Assembly: GCA_050575255.1 (NCBI GenBank)
Contig: JBNZDD010013726.1
Location: forward strand, 8,136,959-8,200,958
Length of the DNA: 64,000 bases
Origin: Harriotta raleighana
Taxonomy: Eukaryota
Direction of reading: 5' to 3'
In this document: positions 12,601-27,600 of the stretch, piece after piece
How positions within the stretch are numbered: position 1 is the stretch's first letter
How the letters are laid out: every line of letters starts with the position of its first letter
The notes under the pieces: generated by a model
The model's input: the letters and a program-made list of their open reading frames with translations, nothing else
The model's database searches: none
What the model was told of the DNA's origin: nothing
Made by a program: the position numbers and the translations under genes

Positions 12601-15600
12601 TATTGTTATTATGGAAAGCATACAAATTTCTTTCTCCCTTCTATAATACAAAACTTTGCTTCATCTTATAACATTTTTGTTAATTGGACAATATCAGAAA
12701 GAAGCTGTTCTTATTTTCTAAGAATAAATCTCGTGGATCAATCATACTGAATCTTTCCATATTGGTCAGAGAAACCAATAAAGATGAATATCCATGTGTA
12801 GGTTGAATAAACTGTTTTTTAGATTTACTCCTGATTCGGAAGAATAATATTCCAGAACCACTCTGGACTAGAACTTGTTGCAGAATAATATATCATTTTG
12901 GTAACTGCAATATTAAATAGAAAATAAAAAATCATTCTATACACACACTTTAGTTTGGCGAGGGTTTCAATTGGCAGATGGTAAAGTCTTTTGATCTAAA
13001 AACAAAGAGTTGACATCACTGACTTGTCTTTTCAATAAAGAGTAGGATTGAGCTTAAGTCCCATCTGGACCTTGGAAAGATTGATGATTGAGGTAAATGG
13101 ACCTTGTCTGTCTATATGGCTTCCAGCATCATCCAATGACATTTTACTCTAAGTGAAAATGCTCACAGAATGCAGAGAAATTATGGACAGCCAAAAAACT
13201 GCGTGCAGTGATCTTATAGTGGTTTGCAATATCAGCATTTACAAGGTATTGCCTTTGCTATGAAATGCTAATGCTGTATATATTGGAATTTGTTACTGAT
13301 ACAGAATGATATCTTAAGATTGTTGCGTTCACGGCATTTATATTTGATAATGTAATTCCAATGCTTTGAACAATTCAATTGTTTAGTAGCAAAATGAGGA
13401 CAAAATCTGAAAGCACACTGTCTGTGTTTGAGAGCTAAAGAAATGTCATGTTATATATCTGTAGTAGACCTTTTAAAACGAATTAGGGAAGGAAATTAGA
13501 GTATGCAAGTCTATCAGAAATTTGCATTGCTAACAGCTCTTTTCATAATCATTATGCAGTCCCTATAGTGCAGCAGGAGCTAGATAAGCCTACGGTATTA
13601 TTTCCAGCTAAATTACTTTGATATTAGTGACCTTGGAAGTGGAACAAGTTGCTTCTGCTAGTTAGTCCCATTAAATGACCAAATGAAACAGTTGTTTTTT
13701 CAAATTGATCTCATATACATTTTTAACGTGTGAAAATCTATGATGGCAACCTATGATGGCAATCTGAAAATAAAGGTTAATGTGTATTCTAATATTGTAC
13801 TATAGAACATAGTATTTGGGGTGATCTTTCTACATGCCTTACATTACAGCTCAAGAAGCAGAAGGGGAAACTTGCTATAAAAAAGTTGATCAGTGCCAGT
13901 GGATCTATGATTTGACGATTTCCAAACAATTTCAACGTAGCTAGAATGTTAACAATTCTAACAATTTTCCCCAAAGTAATTAAGGATTCTTAAATGAAAA
14001 GCTATGTATATTTGCGTTTGGGCAACATTGTTTTAATCCAGTGAAATGAAGGACTGAATTCCGATTACTGTTCTGTAGTTTGTGCAGTTCATGCAGTTTT
14101 GCTGCATTTGAGCACACTGCATGAATAATTCTCTGTATGCACTGTATTAATTTATGCAAATTGTGTATTGGAAATTGAAGTATTACATCCAGAGGTCATG
14201 GCAAAAATACTAAATATGTTTTCTTCATTAACACACAGCAGAAGTGAGTTTAAAAAATGGAAATGACTCAGATTTTAACATTATTTTATGCTAAACAAAT
14301 TATTTTAACAAAGCTCTAAGCCTTTGTTACCCCAATTGGCTGTGAACCTTCCATTCTTGTCTTGGTCATGCCTTCGTTAATCTTGCTTTCCTTCTGCCTA
14401 CTTTGCTCTCTTCAGAGATGCTAATCTCAGTTCATAAAATCTCAATTTTGTATTGTGTGAATTCACTTATTTTACCTATTGCCCCAAACCCAGTTGGACC
14501 TTATAGAAGTGTGTAAAATGTTTAATGGGATTGAGAAAGTAAACCCAAAACAGTACATCGGGATGCACCAAGAACACAGAACACGATGAGATACGTTTGG
14601 AGTTACAGAGGACAAATTTCAGTACAGCAGGAAGTATTTTTTTAACAATGGTAAATTAATGACTAGAACAGTTTGCCAGAAATGGTGGTTCAGGCCAGGG
14701 CACTGAACTCATTAAAAAAAAATGCCTTGATGCTCTGATAGGGTGGATTTTCTGGAAGTGTGAGATCAAATCGGCTGAAGGGCCTTCGTCTTGTGTAAGA
14801 CAAATTAATTGGTTTGAAAACAAGAATAAAACAACAGAATTCTACCACATTCCGAGTGAATGCTTAAAGATCTCTCATATCTTCAACTTTCATTGATTCA
14901 GGTTAAAATGATCAGAAAACTGCTTTCCAAGTTCCTGTTGCAAGAAAATCACACTGTCCTATCCTGAAAATTTAAGTACATAGTTAAATTTAGTCTTAAC
15001 ATTGTTAAGCATTAATTAGCATTATTTTCAGCCAATTATTTTTCTCCACAATTTTCCTCTCCTGTGGGCATTTCACTATTTTTTTCCTTCCACAGGATAC
15101 TGTTCCATTGTTGCTAGTCCATTTTTGGTACCTCACCCAATGGTCATTATTCATAATTAAGCCTCGTCAGTGAATGGTTGCAGGCTATTCAACTGCAGAA
15201 GGCAAGACACTGCCTCAATCTACCATATACAGTACATACTTTCCAGGATAGCTCTCCGGGTAGCAATCAGAAAGTGGAATGCTGGCTCATTTATCTCCCC
15301 ACCCCATACACCATCACCACCCCACACACCCCCAACCTGGGGACATTGAGGCCAAGTCTTATGTCTTATTTAATCTTCCTATGTGCTACTCAACTCCTAT
15401 CTGTATAGATTGGAATTAGAAATTGCAATCATATGGTCTTTATGGTTTAGTATTTCAGTCAATGTTTTCACCTATCCAGCCAGCAGTAGCTAGCATTAGA
15501 ATTTTATCAGTCATTCATGTTTTATGTTTATCAGTCTTTCGTCAACAATTGGTCATGTAGCCTGATTTATTTTCATAAAAAATCAAGATTGAATTATTTT

Positions 15601-18600
15601 CTGTTCTCTCCCTCTTGTGACTGCATTTTAACCCCTCCATGGTTCTAAGGATGCCAGACATAACCAGTGTGGCATCCAAAAGTGCCCATCATCTACAACC
15701 TTGAATCAAGCATCACAGACAAGCCTTCATTTAGTAGCGATAATACCACTATTATTTTAATAAACAATAACATAACATTAATGATCACTTAGAAGCATTG
15801 TCTGAAGCTTTTGGCTGCCAGTCTGGGAAGCCTTTCTGTTTCCTCTTCGCATCCCCCAACTCCATTTTCCTCTCTCTCTCTCTCTTTCTCTCTTAAGTGC
15901 ACAATCTCCCTCTATATCAACCTGGGCATCCACTGCCAGATTCATCAAGTAACTCATAGATGGTTGACCCAGAGAAGCTACCCGACTGCCTCATCCCCCA
16001 GTCTCTCCACAAGGTCTACCTCCAGAAAAGTCCTGCAGCTCAGTGGTTAGAGTACTCGCCTTACAACCAAGAGACCTGGATGCAATTCCAGGCAGGGCAC
16101 AACCTTGCACAAGTTTTCTTGTTCCATATGCGTGCTAATAATCCCTCCAAAAAACTCCAATAAATCTGTCATTTCAATCCATGACTGTTTGTGGGACGCT
16201 GCTGTGTGCAATTAGCTGCCGCGTTTCACCCACATATATGGTCAATTCTCTTTACAGTACATTCTGTGAAGTGCTTTGAGACATCTAGAAGATGTGAAAA
16301 GCGCTATATCAAATTCAAGAATTATTATTATTATTACTAGAATAGGCAACTTTATGATGGGACTGTATTTATAAAATACAAAAAACAGCAGTGTAGGTGA
16401 AGTACAGGTATAAGAAACTAATAATCAATTTGATAGAGGTATAAGCCTTAAGAACTGAATTGATTCTGTTTATAAATAATTACTACTATAAGCAGGAACA
16501 TATTAAATACTTCTAATAATGACAGATTTCTACAGAAATTTAAGGAATAATATGATTTATAGATAGGATACTATAAATAAGATCTTCACCACGAAAGCTG
16601 ATAATGGATGAATGTTTTCAATGAGAAATTTTCAATTAGAAAAATTAGAATAATTAATTAGAAATGGGTTTATTTCCAATTCTGCTGCAGATAAGATAAT
16701 GAGATGAGGGATGTGGTTGTAGCTGTCTATTACATACGAGTGTTCAGTATGATGCTACCAATCTTATTGAAATAGTTTTGGAAAACAAATTATTCCTGTG
16801 GACATTGTATCTTTATTGAAGTAGCACATCTTATTATCCAACTTTGTGCTACACAATACAAATTTGCATTCCTATGGCAGCTTTTCATGTTGGGAGGATG
16901 TCCCAAGGTGCTTATGTTTGTTTAGACTGATATGAATAAATTCAGATTAGTCAGATGAACTATAAATCTGCAATAACAATTGTCATAGTTCAGTGATTAC
17001 AAAACCTAAAAGGGCCTCTGGCTGACACTTATGAGCCTAAATTTGTTTTGTGAAAATACAGAATGATAATTGGTATGCATCACACAGTCAAATATACTCT
17101 CAAGGTTGTCACCACGGTAAGATGACACTGTACCTTACTACATCCTTCAATCCCTTCTCTCACTGCAAACATATCTAGTTTCCACTACAACTCGTTTACA
17201 AGTGTTTACTGGCCTACTGGGAGTGAAGCCAGAATCCTAGCAGTGTACTACAGTAATTTGAAATGGGAAGGGTGGGTTACCTCTACTCTCTAATCACTAC
17301 TTACTAATTTTACACAAACTTACCTGTTTGCAGTTATAAGATAGAATGCAAAAAATAGGTTCTGGAAATTACAAAGACCATTCAACAATTTATGGAACAA
17401 CAACAAAATGACATTGGTATAACGCCTAAAAAGCAACGGTTAAGGATAAACAATGGATTTGGTTCAGTCATCACCTTATTTCCCCAGATGCTTTTCTGTA
17501 CAAAACATAAGACATAAGCGTTTCAGATTAAAAATAAAGGAAATGTATTCAATTGAAATGTTCGATGTGATATACACACTTTAGAGAGGCTGTCTTTTGT
17601 TAAGCTTTACAATCTCCCCAATAGAACTGAATAAACTACAATACTCACAGCTTGACAGATGATCGGATATTTGGTGCGATTGATGCCTCCAGCAAATACA
17701 GCACAAGTAAGGGCAGTATGGAAACAGAAGTTCAGCAGCATATGCCAGCCCTTCCTGCTAATGCGGATTGTGCTGTAATTAAAAAAAACATTCGTTTGTA
17801 AAGCTGATGTATTTACAATTATTTTAGTACTTTAATAGATACAGAGGTGCAAAATTATCTTTACAGCTAGATTGCCAGACCAATTGTGAAACTAGTCTTC
17901 CTAATCATTCACACATTTTTGAGTTCACTGTGGGACGTCCTCCCAACATGAAAGGCGCTATACAAATGTTGTTGTTGTTGTCTGTATAAAACAGCAAATA
18001 ATTAAGAATGAGTGTTATCTCAAATGATTCATTTGGCCAGTTCAGCATGAAATAGCAATACATTTCTATTGACGGATGCATCGTCATCGATGGGCTGGTA
18101 TCGAAAATGAAAATATGAATGATGCAGAAGTTCGAAGCATATTGTTGGGAGTTTAGTAGGGGGAGCCTTGCTCTGTGTCTTACTCGTGCTGCACACGAGA
18201 TTGGACGTCTTTTACCTTCAAACATTAGCAGAAATACATACTCAAAGTAAGCTGTGTATCTCTGAAACAGGATAAGGTGCAATGATACAATTAAGTACTT
18301 TCGTTGTGAAGTTCTCACCTGTGATGCACAATATAGGTGATAATAGATGCAAAGAGGCACAGCAAAAGGACTGCAGTGCACGCATATACCACAGGGTGCA
18401 GGAACTCCCCTGGGTATTGATTAAAGGAAAGCACTGTCTTCAAATCCTGTAAAACAATTTGGAGAAAAATATTCAGACAATTTCAAGACAACTTGAGCTC
18501 ATTTGATTTCATTCAGCTCAATCAATTGTTGTATCTCACAAAAATGAAAACCAAACACTTCCAGTGGGCAAAAGTAATTTTGAAAGACCATAAATGTTTC

Positions 18601-21600
18601 GCCAACATTTTTTTTTACCAATTACCCTTGCACTGGATCAAGCACAGGTTTATTTTGTTCTTCTTACACAGAAGCGGATCTCAGTAATACTGTATTTTCT
18701 TTGTGGTTATTAATGATGTGAAGCTGTATATTTTGCTCAGAGATGAGACTCGCCCCTGTTTCTTTAAAGCTAATCATTTTTACACAGATTCACTAGGTTG
18801 GTACCTGGGATGAGAGGGATGAGCTATGAAGATAGGTTGAGCAACCTAGGCTATATTCTCTAGAATATAGAAGAATATAGAGAGGTGACCTTATAGAAAC
18901 CTATAAGATTATTAAGGGGCAACACAGAATAGATAGTGAGAGACTTTTTCCCTTGGTTGGAGAAACTATGACCAGGGGTCACAGTCTTAAAATTATGGGT
19001 CAGCCCTTTTGCANAGAGACTTTTTCCCTTGGTTGGAGAACTATGACCAGGGGTCACAGTCTTAAAATTATGGGTCAGCCCTTTTGCACTGAGTTGAGAA
19101 AAAACCTCACTCAGAGCGTAGTGAATTTATGGAATTCTCTACCCCAAAGAGCTGTAGATGCTCAGTCCTTGAACATATTCAAGACTGAGATCAATAAATT
19201 TCTTGTGGATAAAGGGATTAAGAGATAAAGGGATAAGGCGGGTAGGTGGAGTTAGAATAGATCAGACATGATTTTATTGAATGGTGGGGCAGGCTTGAGG
19301 GGCTGAATGACCTACTCCTAATTCTTATGTTCTAATACTATTTAGTAAAAACAGTTCAATTTCTTGTGGATAAAGGGATTAAGAGATAAAGGGATAAGGC
19401 GGGTAGGTGGAGTTAGAATAGATCAGACATGATTTTATTGAATGGTGGGGCAGGCTTGAGGGGCTGAATGACCTACTCCTAATTCTTATGTTCTAATACT
19501 ATTTAGTAAAAACAGTTCAATATTTTGATATTTGATGAGTAGAATAAATTCGATTGTCTATAATAAAATGTGGCTAGGATATGGCTTATTTTACCCTTCC
19601 CTCTACCAAACTCTAATTAAAATGTCTTCACATTCTGCATCTCTCTGGTTCCTTATTGTGTTGGAATCAAGGTTCATCACATCATCTCCAACTCTGACTC
19701 ATTCCTCCTAAGCCTTAATTCTGTAGAATTCTTGGTTCCATCAGTCTTCCCTCTGTCCAACTATGCAGAAGCTTTTAGAATTCAAGCCTGATACAGCTTC
19801 ACTAAATCATAATTTCTTGATTAAGTTCATCCTCTTTACTTTCTTGGATCACTACCAAGATTTTTCCTTTTAAAAATACTTCTGATTAGGATTGTAACAT
19901 TGACCTCAATTGCACCCAATCAAGCCGTAGCTCCCATTCCCCCTTAACTGTATTATACTGGAATTTCTCAATATTTTACAGCTGTCTCATATGCATTTGT
20001 CTTTTTCGCCAACCTCCCAGTTCACAGTATTTCACAATCTGTTAATGCTGCATCAACTGCCTCTTGATGCATATAATCGTGTTTTAAGTTCTTCCTAATG
20101 TCTTTGTTTCCTGACATGTTCTCTTCTATTGCACAGCTTTTATACCCAAGTTTGCTTTTAAAAGCAAGCCTGCCTCTGGAGGCAACTCCTAATGAAAAAC
20201 AGCTGTTTTTTTCCAGCACTAAATTAGGGAGAAGTATTACTGTGATCCGCTTGTGTGAAAGAAGAACAAAATAAATCTGTGCTGATCTAGTGCAAGTGTA
20301 ATTGGTAAAAACTGCTGGTGGAACATTTATCGTCTTTCAAAATTATTGGAAGTGTTTGGTTTTCATTTGTGTTACATCTCCCATGGCTTTTGCGCAGAGA
20401 AGATCCATTTCCCGTATTGAAAAGAGATGTGCCGTTGAGATTAGAGCCGGTGATGTTTGACCCTCAAGCAAGCATCGGACTTCATCGCATAAGCAAGACG
20501 ATGGGGGCAGATGCCCTCAAGCGAGTGCAAAACCATTCGAAACTTATTGTTGCAAAAGTGAGAAAGGAGCAAAGTGGCTGACATTTAGACACATTTCCTG
20601 GCAGCTGAGATTGTGAAAATAGATTCCCAGTGTTTTTGCACATGCATGACGGAGTTCGTTGCCACACGCAAGACGTCATTTTGCCATATGTGCCCACCGA
20701 AAGGCAAAGTAAAAGACATGAAATGTGGCAACACCTCCTGTTTGATGCTACACTTCAAACGCATTTCCATTCTGATGAGCAGTCGGAAATGGAATATTAA
20801 CCAATTTTTCTCTCGCAGTGGATCAAGTTGCAGGAGAATTACAGTGTTTTGCTTTTAGTACCTTGTGATCGGGTGATTGAAATCAGTCACTTGAAGTGAC
20901 TTTCGCAATTGTCATCCTTAAACCTAATCTGGAATAGCTGATCATACTTACTTGCAGGTGCAATTCAAAACGGTAAGATAAACTACTTCTGTACTAATGC
21001 ACAATGATGATTCTGAGGGATTTGAGTTTAGAGGGAATGAAAGGATCATTACAGTTAAATGGTTGTGACATCAAAGACATTTGATTTCAATTGGAAACAA
21101 TTGTTAGCCTTTTCGAAATGTACCTTCTACCATATCCACTGTATTCTACCTATTTTTGAGCACATTTCATTTATTATATACAATAATTATATTTATACTT
21201 ATCAAAATGAGGCTGTTTCAGTCTTTCACACTGCGTTTCCTGATTGGGTACTTCCTTTATAAGAAGCTTTGGACTACACTGAAAACATGTAAACTTCCTC
21301 CGTGTGTGAAAACTGGGCTCATTTCAAATCTTAAGGCGTGGCGACCAATAGAAGGAAGCGACTGATTTCTGAATACTGAGCTACCATTAAAAGAAACTGA
21401 TGTTATAAGGGGGTAGACCGATTTCTTACAAAAGTATTAACTTACAATCATTCATTTAATGTCACTTAATCAATTTTCCTCTTCTCATGTAAATATCTCA
21501 CTTACAACGACACAACCAGGGTGCAGCCTACTGACTTATCAACTGAAGCGATTGGCGCTTCCTGATGTGTTGTCTGGCCAAAGTAGAAAATGGGACTTCT

Positions 21601-24600
21601 TTGAATTTAGAATTGCTATAATTCACAAGGAGCCACAGTTATGAGCGGATTATACACGCTTGAAAGCTTTCAAGAAAGCATCTGATGTGTTTACAGTGTG
21701 GCCTATGAATTTGCTTTTAAATACATTCCGAAGTTGTTCACAGTTATGCTTCAGATGGCTCTCTCATTTATATTCAACAATCCAAGATGAGCCTGATAAT
21801 TTTTAGACAATATTGTACATCCAGCAACTTTGCTCACAAAACAGTCCAAGTTATTTATTTAAATAAGTAGAACAATATCCAATATTCTGTATATGAAAAA
21901 CATAATTATTTTATAGGAGCTAGTTTCTAAGTTAATACTCTGTATTAAATATAACTAGATAGATTAACAGGTTGCTCCTACAGCCCATCTAATAATTTAC
22001 AATATTCTATGACGTCAAAATCAAATAGGATTCCATTTGACCAGTTTACATTTCACTGGTCATGTGGAAGAATAAGGCATATGGACATATGTGGAATCCT
22101 GTAGCTCAGTGTTTAGAGCACTCGCCTTACAAGGGGGAGACCTGGGTTCAGTTCCAGGCAGTGAAACCTTCAGCACATTTCCTTACTCCACGAGCCTAAT
22201 TTACCTCCCTCCCAAAAATGAGTCAATCAATCTACGACTGTTTATGGGACTCTGCTGTGTACAATTAGCTGCCACGTTTCACCCATAAATACACAGTCAA
22301 TTCACTTTACAGTATATTCTGAAGTGCTTTGAGACATCCAGAAGATGTAAAAAGCGCTATATCAAATGCAAGGATTATTATTATGATTATTATTATCATT
22401 ATATGTCTTTTAGGATTACATCAACAAACCTACAGGGGAATATAGCTGGATTTTTGTAAATTATTTACATTAATTTCACACAGTACAGTATATAGGTTGT
22501 GAAATACAAACATTTTCCATTGCTTACTACAGTACATCTCTTATGCAAATAAACTATTTACTAGACAGGGCAGATACATTCATTACACAAGAACAATTAT
22601 GTTCAGGAAATATGTTTAATTGATTTAAAAACAGTTTTCATAATGTTGAAATGGAACCTAAATCCCGTATATTGGATTGATGGAATCTACAATGGAAGCC
22701 AAAGAACCTTCTACAATTTGTGAGAAAACAAATGTCTCTATTACTAAACTAGGTCACTATGCAAAGAGTGTGTTCATCTTGGATGCTATATACAGTATAG
22801 CATTAAGCATGGTTTAAAAGATACTGGTACACAAAAAGAAAAAAAATGGATTCTGCAATTGGCAATTTTTGTGTGTATTTTGTAACCGTATGATGGTAAT
22901 GGCATTATATTTACTTCAAATCTTTTAAAGCAAAACATAATAACGTACAACTGCTTACCTGCTTACTTTTAAACAAGTAACAATAGAGGTTGGAATAGAA
23001 CAAGCAATAATTGTCTACTTAATATGCTCATTGCATATTGCTCAGCGCTTTGGGACGTTCTCTTAATGTGAAACATGCTCTATAAATGTAATTTTGTTGT
23101 TGCTCTCATAGCACTAATAGAATATTTGCAAAGGCAAAGCTTCTTGCCCGCAAAACAATTTGCCCACAAAATATATAGTCCATTCACTTTATAGTGTATT
23201 CTGTGAAGCGCTTTGAGATGCCTCGAAGTTGTGATAAGGCACTATATCAAAAGCAAGAATTATTATAATTGCTATCTCTATAGTGACTGTATGCAAGATA
23301 CTAACTTCATAAAATGTCCAAGGTAAACTGTACTTAGCTCATCTTATGTTGCTAACGATTAATTATACAGCACTGTTATTGACGATGCACACTGGTGTTC
23401 AGTGATGCATGTGGAGTGATGTTAATTCTACTGGTAAGAGGGAATTGAGAGATGGAGGTAAAAACAGGGAGGATTAACAGAGAAGCAGAACAGTATTTCT
23501 GTCTAGAATCATATGTATTGAATCATTGAAACATATCCTGTTTATGGACTCTGAAAAGAATTGGCCATGTCCTCCATCTTTGCATGTAAAGGAGGTAACA
23601 ATCATGGGATAGATATGAATGACCTGACATACTCGTTGACAATGGGTACTGAATATTGTTGCTGGCAATCTGTCTCCTGCAATCTGTCTCAGACTTGTGT
23701 CTGAAGCAAGATGTGTGATAACAACAATAATAACAAAACAAAATTGAATCTTATGAATTGAACAAAACATTGTTGTTTATGTATGATGAGTTAAAGATGC
23801 GAAAATGAGGTAACGCTAAAAAAAAAGTCGAAGGACCAACCATTCAGAATAAAATGTCATCAACTTTTTTGTTGAAATGGATCATAAGATTTTTTTATAT
23901 TTCAAACTACAGTAGTAAAGTTTTACTGTATTTGTATTGTACTGTATTTTACTTTTGTTTCCAGAAGCTTTTAACTGGAATATTAATAATAATATTACTA
24001 ATATAAAATATCCTTTTTATTTGATGTAGCATTATCAGATCATTCAGACATCCTATTGTGCNGGAAGCTTTTAACAACTGGAATATTAATAATAATATTA
24101 CTAATATAAAATATCCTTTTTATTTGATGTAGCATTATCAGATCATTCAGACATCCTATTGTGCAGAGCGTGTTGCACAAACAGTCATGGATTGAATGAC
24201 TACAAATTTCATTTCTTATCATTCTCCATGGAAAACAGTCCACCAATCGATTAAGAACCAGGTTCCTACTTACTGCTAAAGAGTGCTGTGGGGAGGGCGG
24301 AAACTTGCTGCAGATTTCAGTCTGGCCCGGAATCTGTAAAGATCTATATATGACAGTCTAAATGCCAATACTATCAGTGATATTAATGATCAAGCCACCA
24401 TATCGAAAGAGGAAATTTGTTCAATTAGAAGCAGAGAGTTACAGAACTCGTTTCACATTATGGTCACAATCAAAGTGATCATGATTGGCTTGAAGGAATA
24501 ATTGCAGAGTCAAATTATTCATAGTTGCATTTCTGAATCCATTCAGTGGTCATTTGAAGTTTATTACTTGTGACACTTTCTGTAACAGTCCCCAACAGAC

Positions 24601-27600
24601 TTATGCAAAAATCATACATGTTCAATATTATGTACTTTTCTAAATTAACATTTCAATGAAGTGAAAATTCTGTACTTTAATTTACTTTCTAAATCATGAT
24701 TTTTGGAAGATTAAAACAACAAAATTAATTAGGATTATGCCTGGCAGCTTGTACAACCCACGCATTTCACCAAGCCAAAATATCTACTTTAGGAAGCTAA
24801 GATTAATTTGCTAAAATAATAACAGGAATACTCAATGTTAACTTACACAAATAATTACTCTTAAATCATAATAGTTATTTGAATTGTATAAAAATAAACA
24901 TTTGATTAAGGGATTGAGTAGCATAGGAAATGACTGTAATCAAACTGAAAGAGTTTGATTCTTAGATGGGAAATTATTCTGAAAAGCATGTAGATGCAAT
25001 GAATATCCGTAGGGTCATATCAGTTAATATCATAAATTTATTTTTATCACAAATTTCAAAGTACTATTTTATGCAGATTTAATTTATTGCAGTATTAAAA
25101 TGGGTTTAGCATCTACCCTGTTCTGACAGTGTGATCATTCGCACACTTACTTCAAAAAATATGAATGGAAATGTACAAGTGCATAATTAAGCAAAGATAA
25201 AATACTAAATGCAGTGAAGCACTCAAACATTCCACCCACAAAATATACAGCCAATTCACTTTAAAGTATATTCTGTGAAGTACTTTGAGAAGTGTTGAAG
25301 ACATGATAAGGTGGTATATCAATCGCAGGGATTATTATATTATTATCTTTGTTCACTTTGAGAACCTTGTCTTCACAGCATTAGGCGATGTGCTATAATC
25401 TATCTTCATATTTCTATAATGTTGCTACATCTGCCTTACTTAGAAATCTGCCTTAAATATAAAAACTGTAATTATAATGACTTGACAGAACATATTGAGC
25501 TTTAAGACATCTCAACCATGTGACAAGAAACCTATAACAAATACTAGGATTATCGTATTGTACATAGGATTTTGCCTAATATAATGACTATAGGGGAACA
25601 GCTGAACTATTAAATAAGTATGTCTTGACTCAAAATAATGCAATGGCTACAAGCAGGAGAGCAAAATGACAAACATAGTTCCGAGCATCAAGAAACTACA
25701 CTTGAGTATTCTTTGAAACAGCATTGTATATCAGCAAATAATATTTAACAGTTAAATGCAAACTATATTTGAGTAACCATGTACGGAATATAGAATTTAT
25801 AAATTTAGCAAACTATAGGAATGGTCTACACTCTATCAACTATCAAACACTAATAACACGCTGTCATTAATTTAGCATTGAGAGAAAGAAGTTCCAGACA
25901 CCCAGTTTGATATGATTAGTGTATGCCGACTGTGAGCTGAATAAATTGAATGTTCATCAGAGCACACGAGTTATCGTTTTGTTACGAGCCACACTACTGA
26001 AGCAATAAACGATCTGGTACTTGAAAGAAATCGTGGTTGCCTTGGTGAGAAAGGCATCAGAATTTGTTCAATCTTAAAGAGGCACAAAGGTCATATGAGA
26101 GTGTATATATAAATACTACAAAAGTGAAATTATTCTTGCCATTAAACTCGTGATTTGACACATTGTGCATATAATACCAATTTTGCACTTTATACAGCTT
26201 CTATGGCAGTGCCAAAGGCCTCCATGTTAACATGGATTACACACAAAGAAATGTCGCTTCTTATTTTATGTGTATTGTACGCTGAAGTACCGTTAAGAGT
26301 TTCTGCTTGGAATCATTTTTAGAGAATGAGTTACACATTCGTAGGAATAATGCACTTTGATCCATTACAAATACTGGGGTTTTCAGCACAATTTCCCACT
26401 TATATTTATTTTTAGGCACCAAATGCACTTACATTTCGAAGCCTTAAGCCACTGCTTTTATTGCATTATTCCAAATGGACATGCTAAAGAATGAATGGCC
26501 TTTAAGTGCTTACGTTGGTGATGTGCCCTGAGAAAGGTTTGTCAGGTACTTAAGTTTTTTGTGCCAATTTTAATTTGTGGGTTTTCTTCTCTTTATTTTT
26601 TTCTATTGGGGTACAGTTCCACAGTTATCTAATCCCCCTCTTCTCCAATGTGGTAATTGGTAATGCATCAACCTTGAACAGTAGGGCCTAATTTGTGGGT
26701 TGGTCGAACCCATGTCCAATTTCAGGCTGTGTTAACCATGTATTAACAGATTTCAAATTAATTAATGTAATTTCCTTGGTATACATGCGTGGGCTCATGA
26801 ATTAGATCCCGGGAAATGAAGGTCAGGTGGTTTATTTGATCATATCGTCATTATCCATGTGTGCACGTACGTTTCCAGCAAGGGTGTCTGAAAAGCGATC
26901 AGGAGAAGGAACCCTGACAAGTGTAATTCTCCGTTACCAAAGGAAGCTATCCATTATAGTCTTCCAACTTGTGGACTGGCAGAGATCAGTGAACAAAGCA
27001 AAGACTGGAAATTGAACAACCTACTCTATTTGCCTCAGTAGAGCAGCAGGAATGCCTTTACCTTTTTGGCCAATAAGATAGGTTCATATAATGATATGAC
27101 ACATGCAAAATTACTGGCGGTGGTATAAGCCAGGTGTTTTTCTCTGTCTTAGAATCTATTCATGGAGCCATTATGAAACAGGAGTGTAATAGAAACAAAT
27201 AATGTTAAATTAAGTATGTTCATAGTTTTCACAAATGCTTCTTTTCTTAAACACTAAAATTAATGAATACAGTATATGGTGTATTCCACTCCTCAAGCAT
27301 CTCTGTTTTGAATCTAATGATTAAAAAATGTGGCTTCAAGCTTTACTGGTGACTATCCATATTGTACTGATTTTGAATCATGGCATTTTCTCAATCTGAA
27401 GATGTTTAATTATAAACATTTAAACTACTTATAGCCATGTTTGCATATTTCTAGCATATTCCTGCCCTCCATAGAAATCTAAAGTTGATACCCTCCATAA
27501 AAACTCTACCAGTGTGGAGAAACATTAGATAAGATGTTTAATGTAGTTGTTTTGTATATTACAAAGATATTATTTAATATACAAAATTTCAACAAGCAAT

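Noticed and set aside
19198-19520. ~160-bp exact duplication of the CR1 3' end plus flank
   Set aside because: The copies look identical and include unique flank, so this is most likely the same assembly artefact, although no N separates them.
20772-20795. CTGATGA...GAAA hammerhead-like or snoRNA-like motif
   Set aside because: No helix II pairing and no cleavage triplet with helix III; chance match.
22091-22165. tRNA-like sequences at SINE heads (also 16026 and 61790-61860)
   Set aside because: They run directly into SINE bodies and lack a proper acceptor stem, so they are not tRNA genes.
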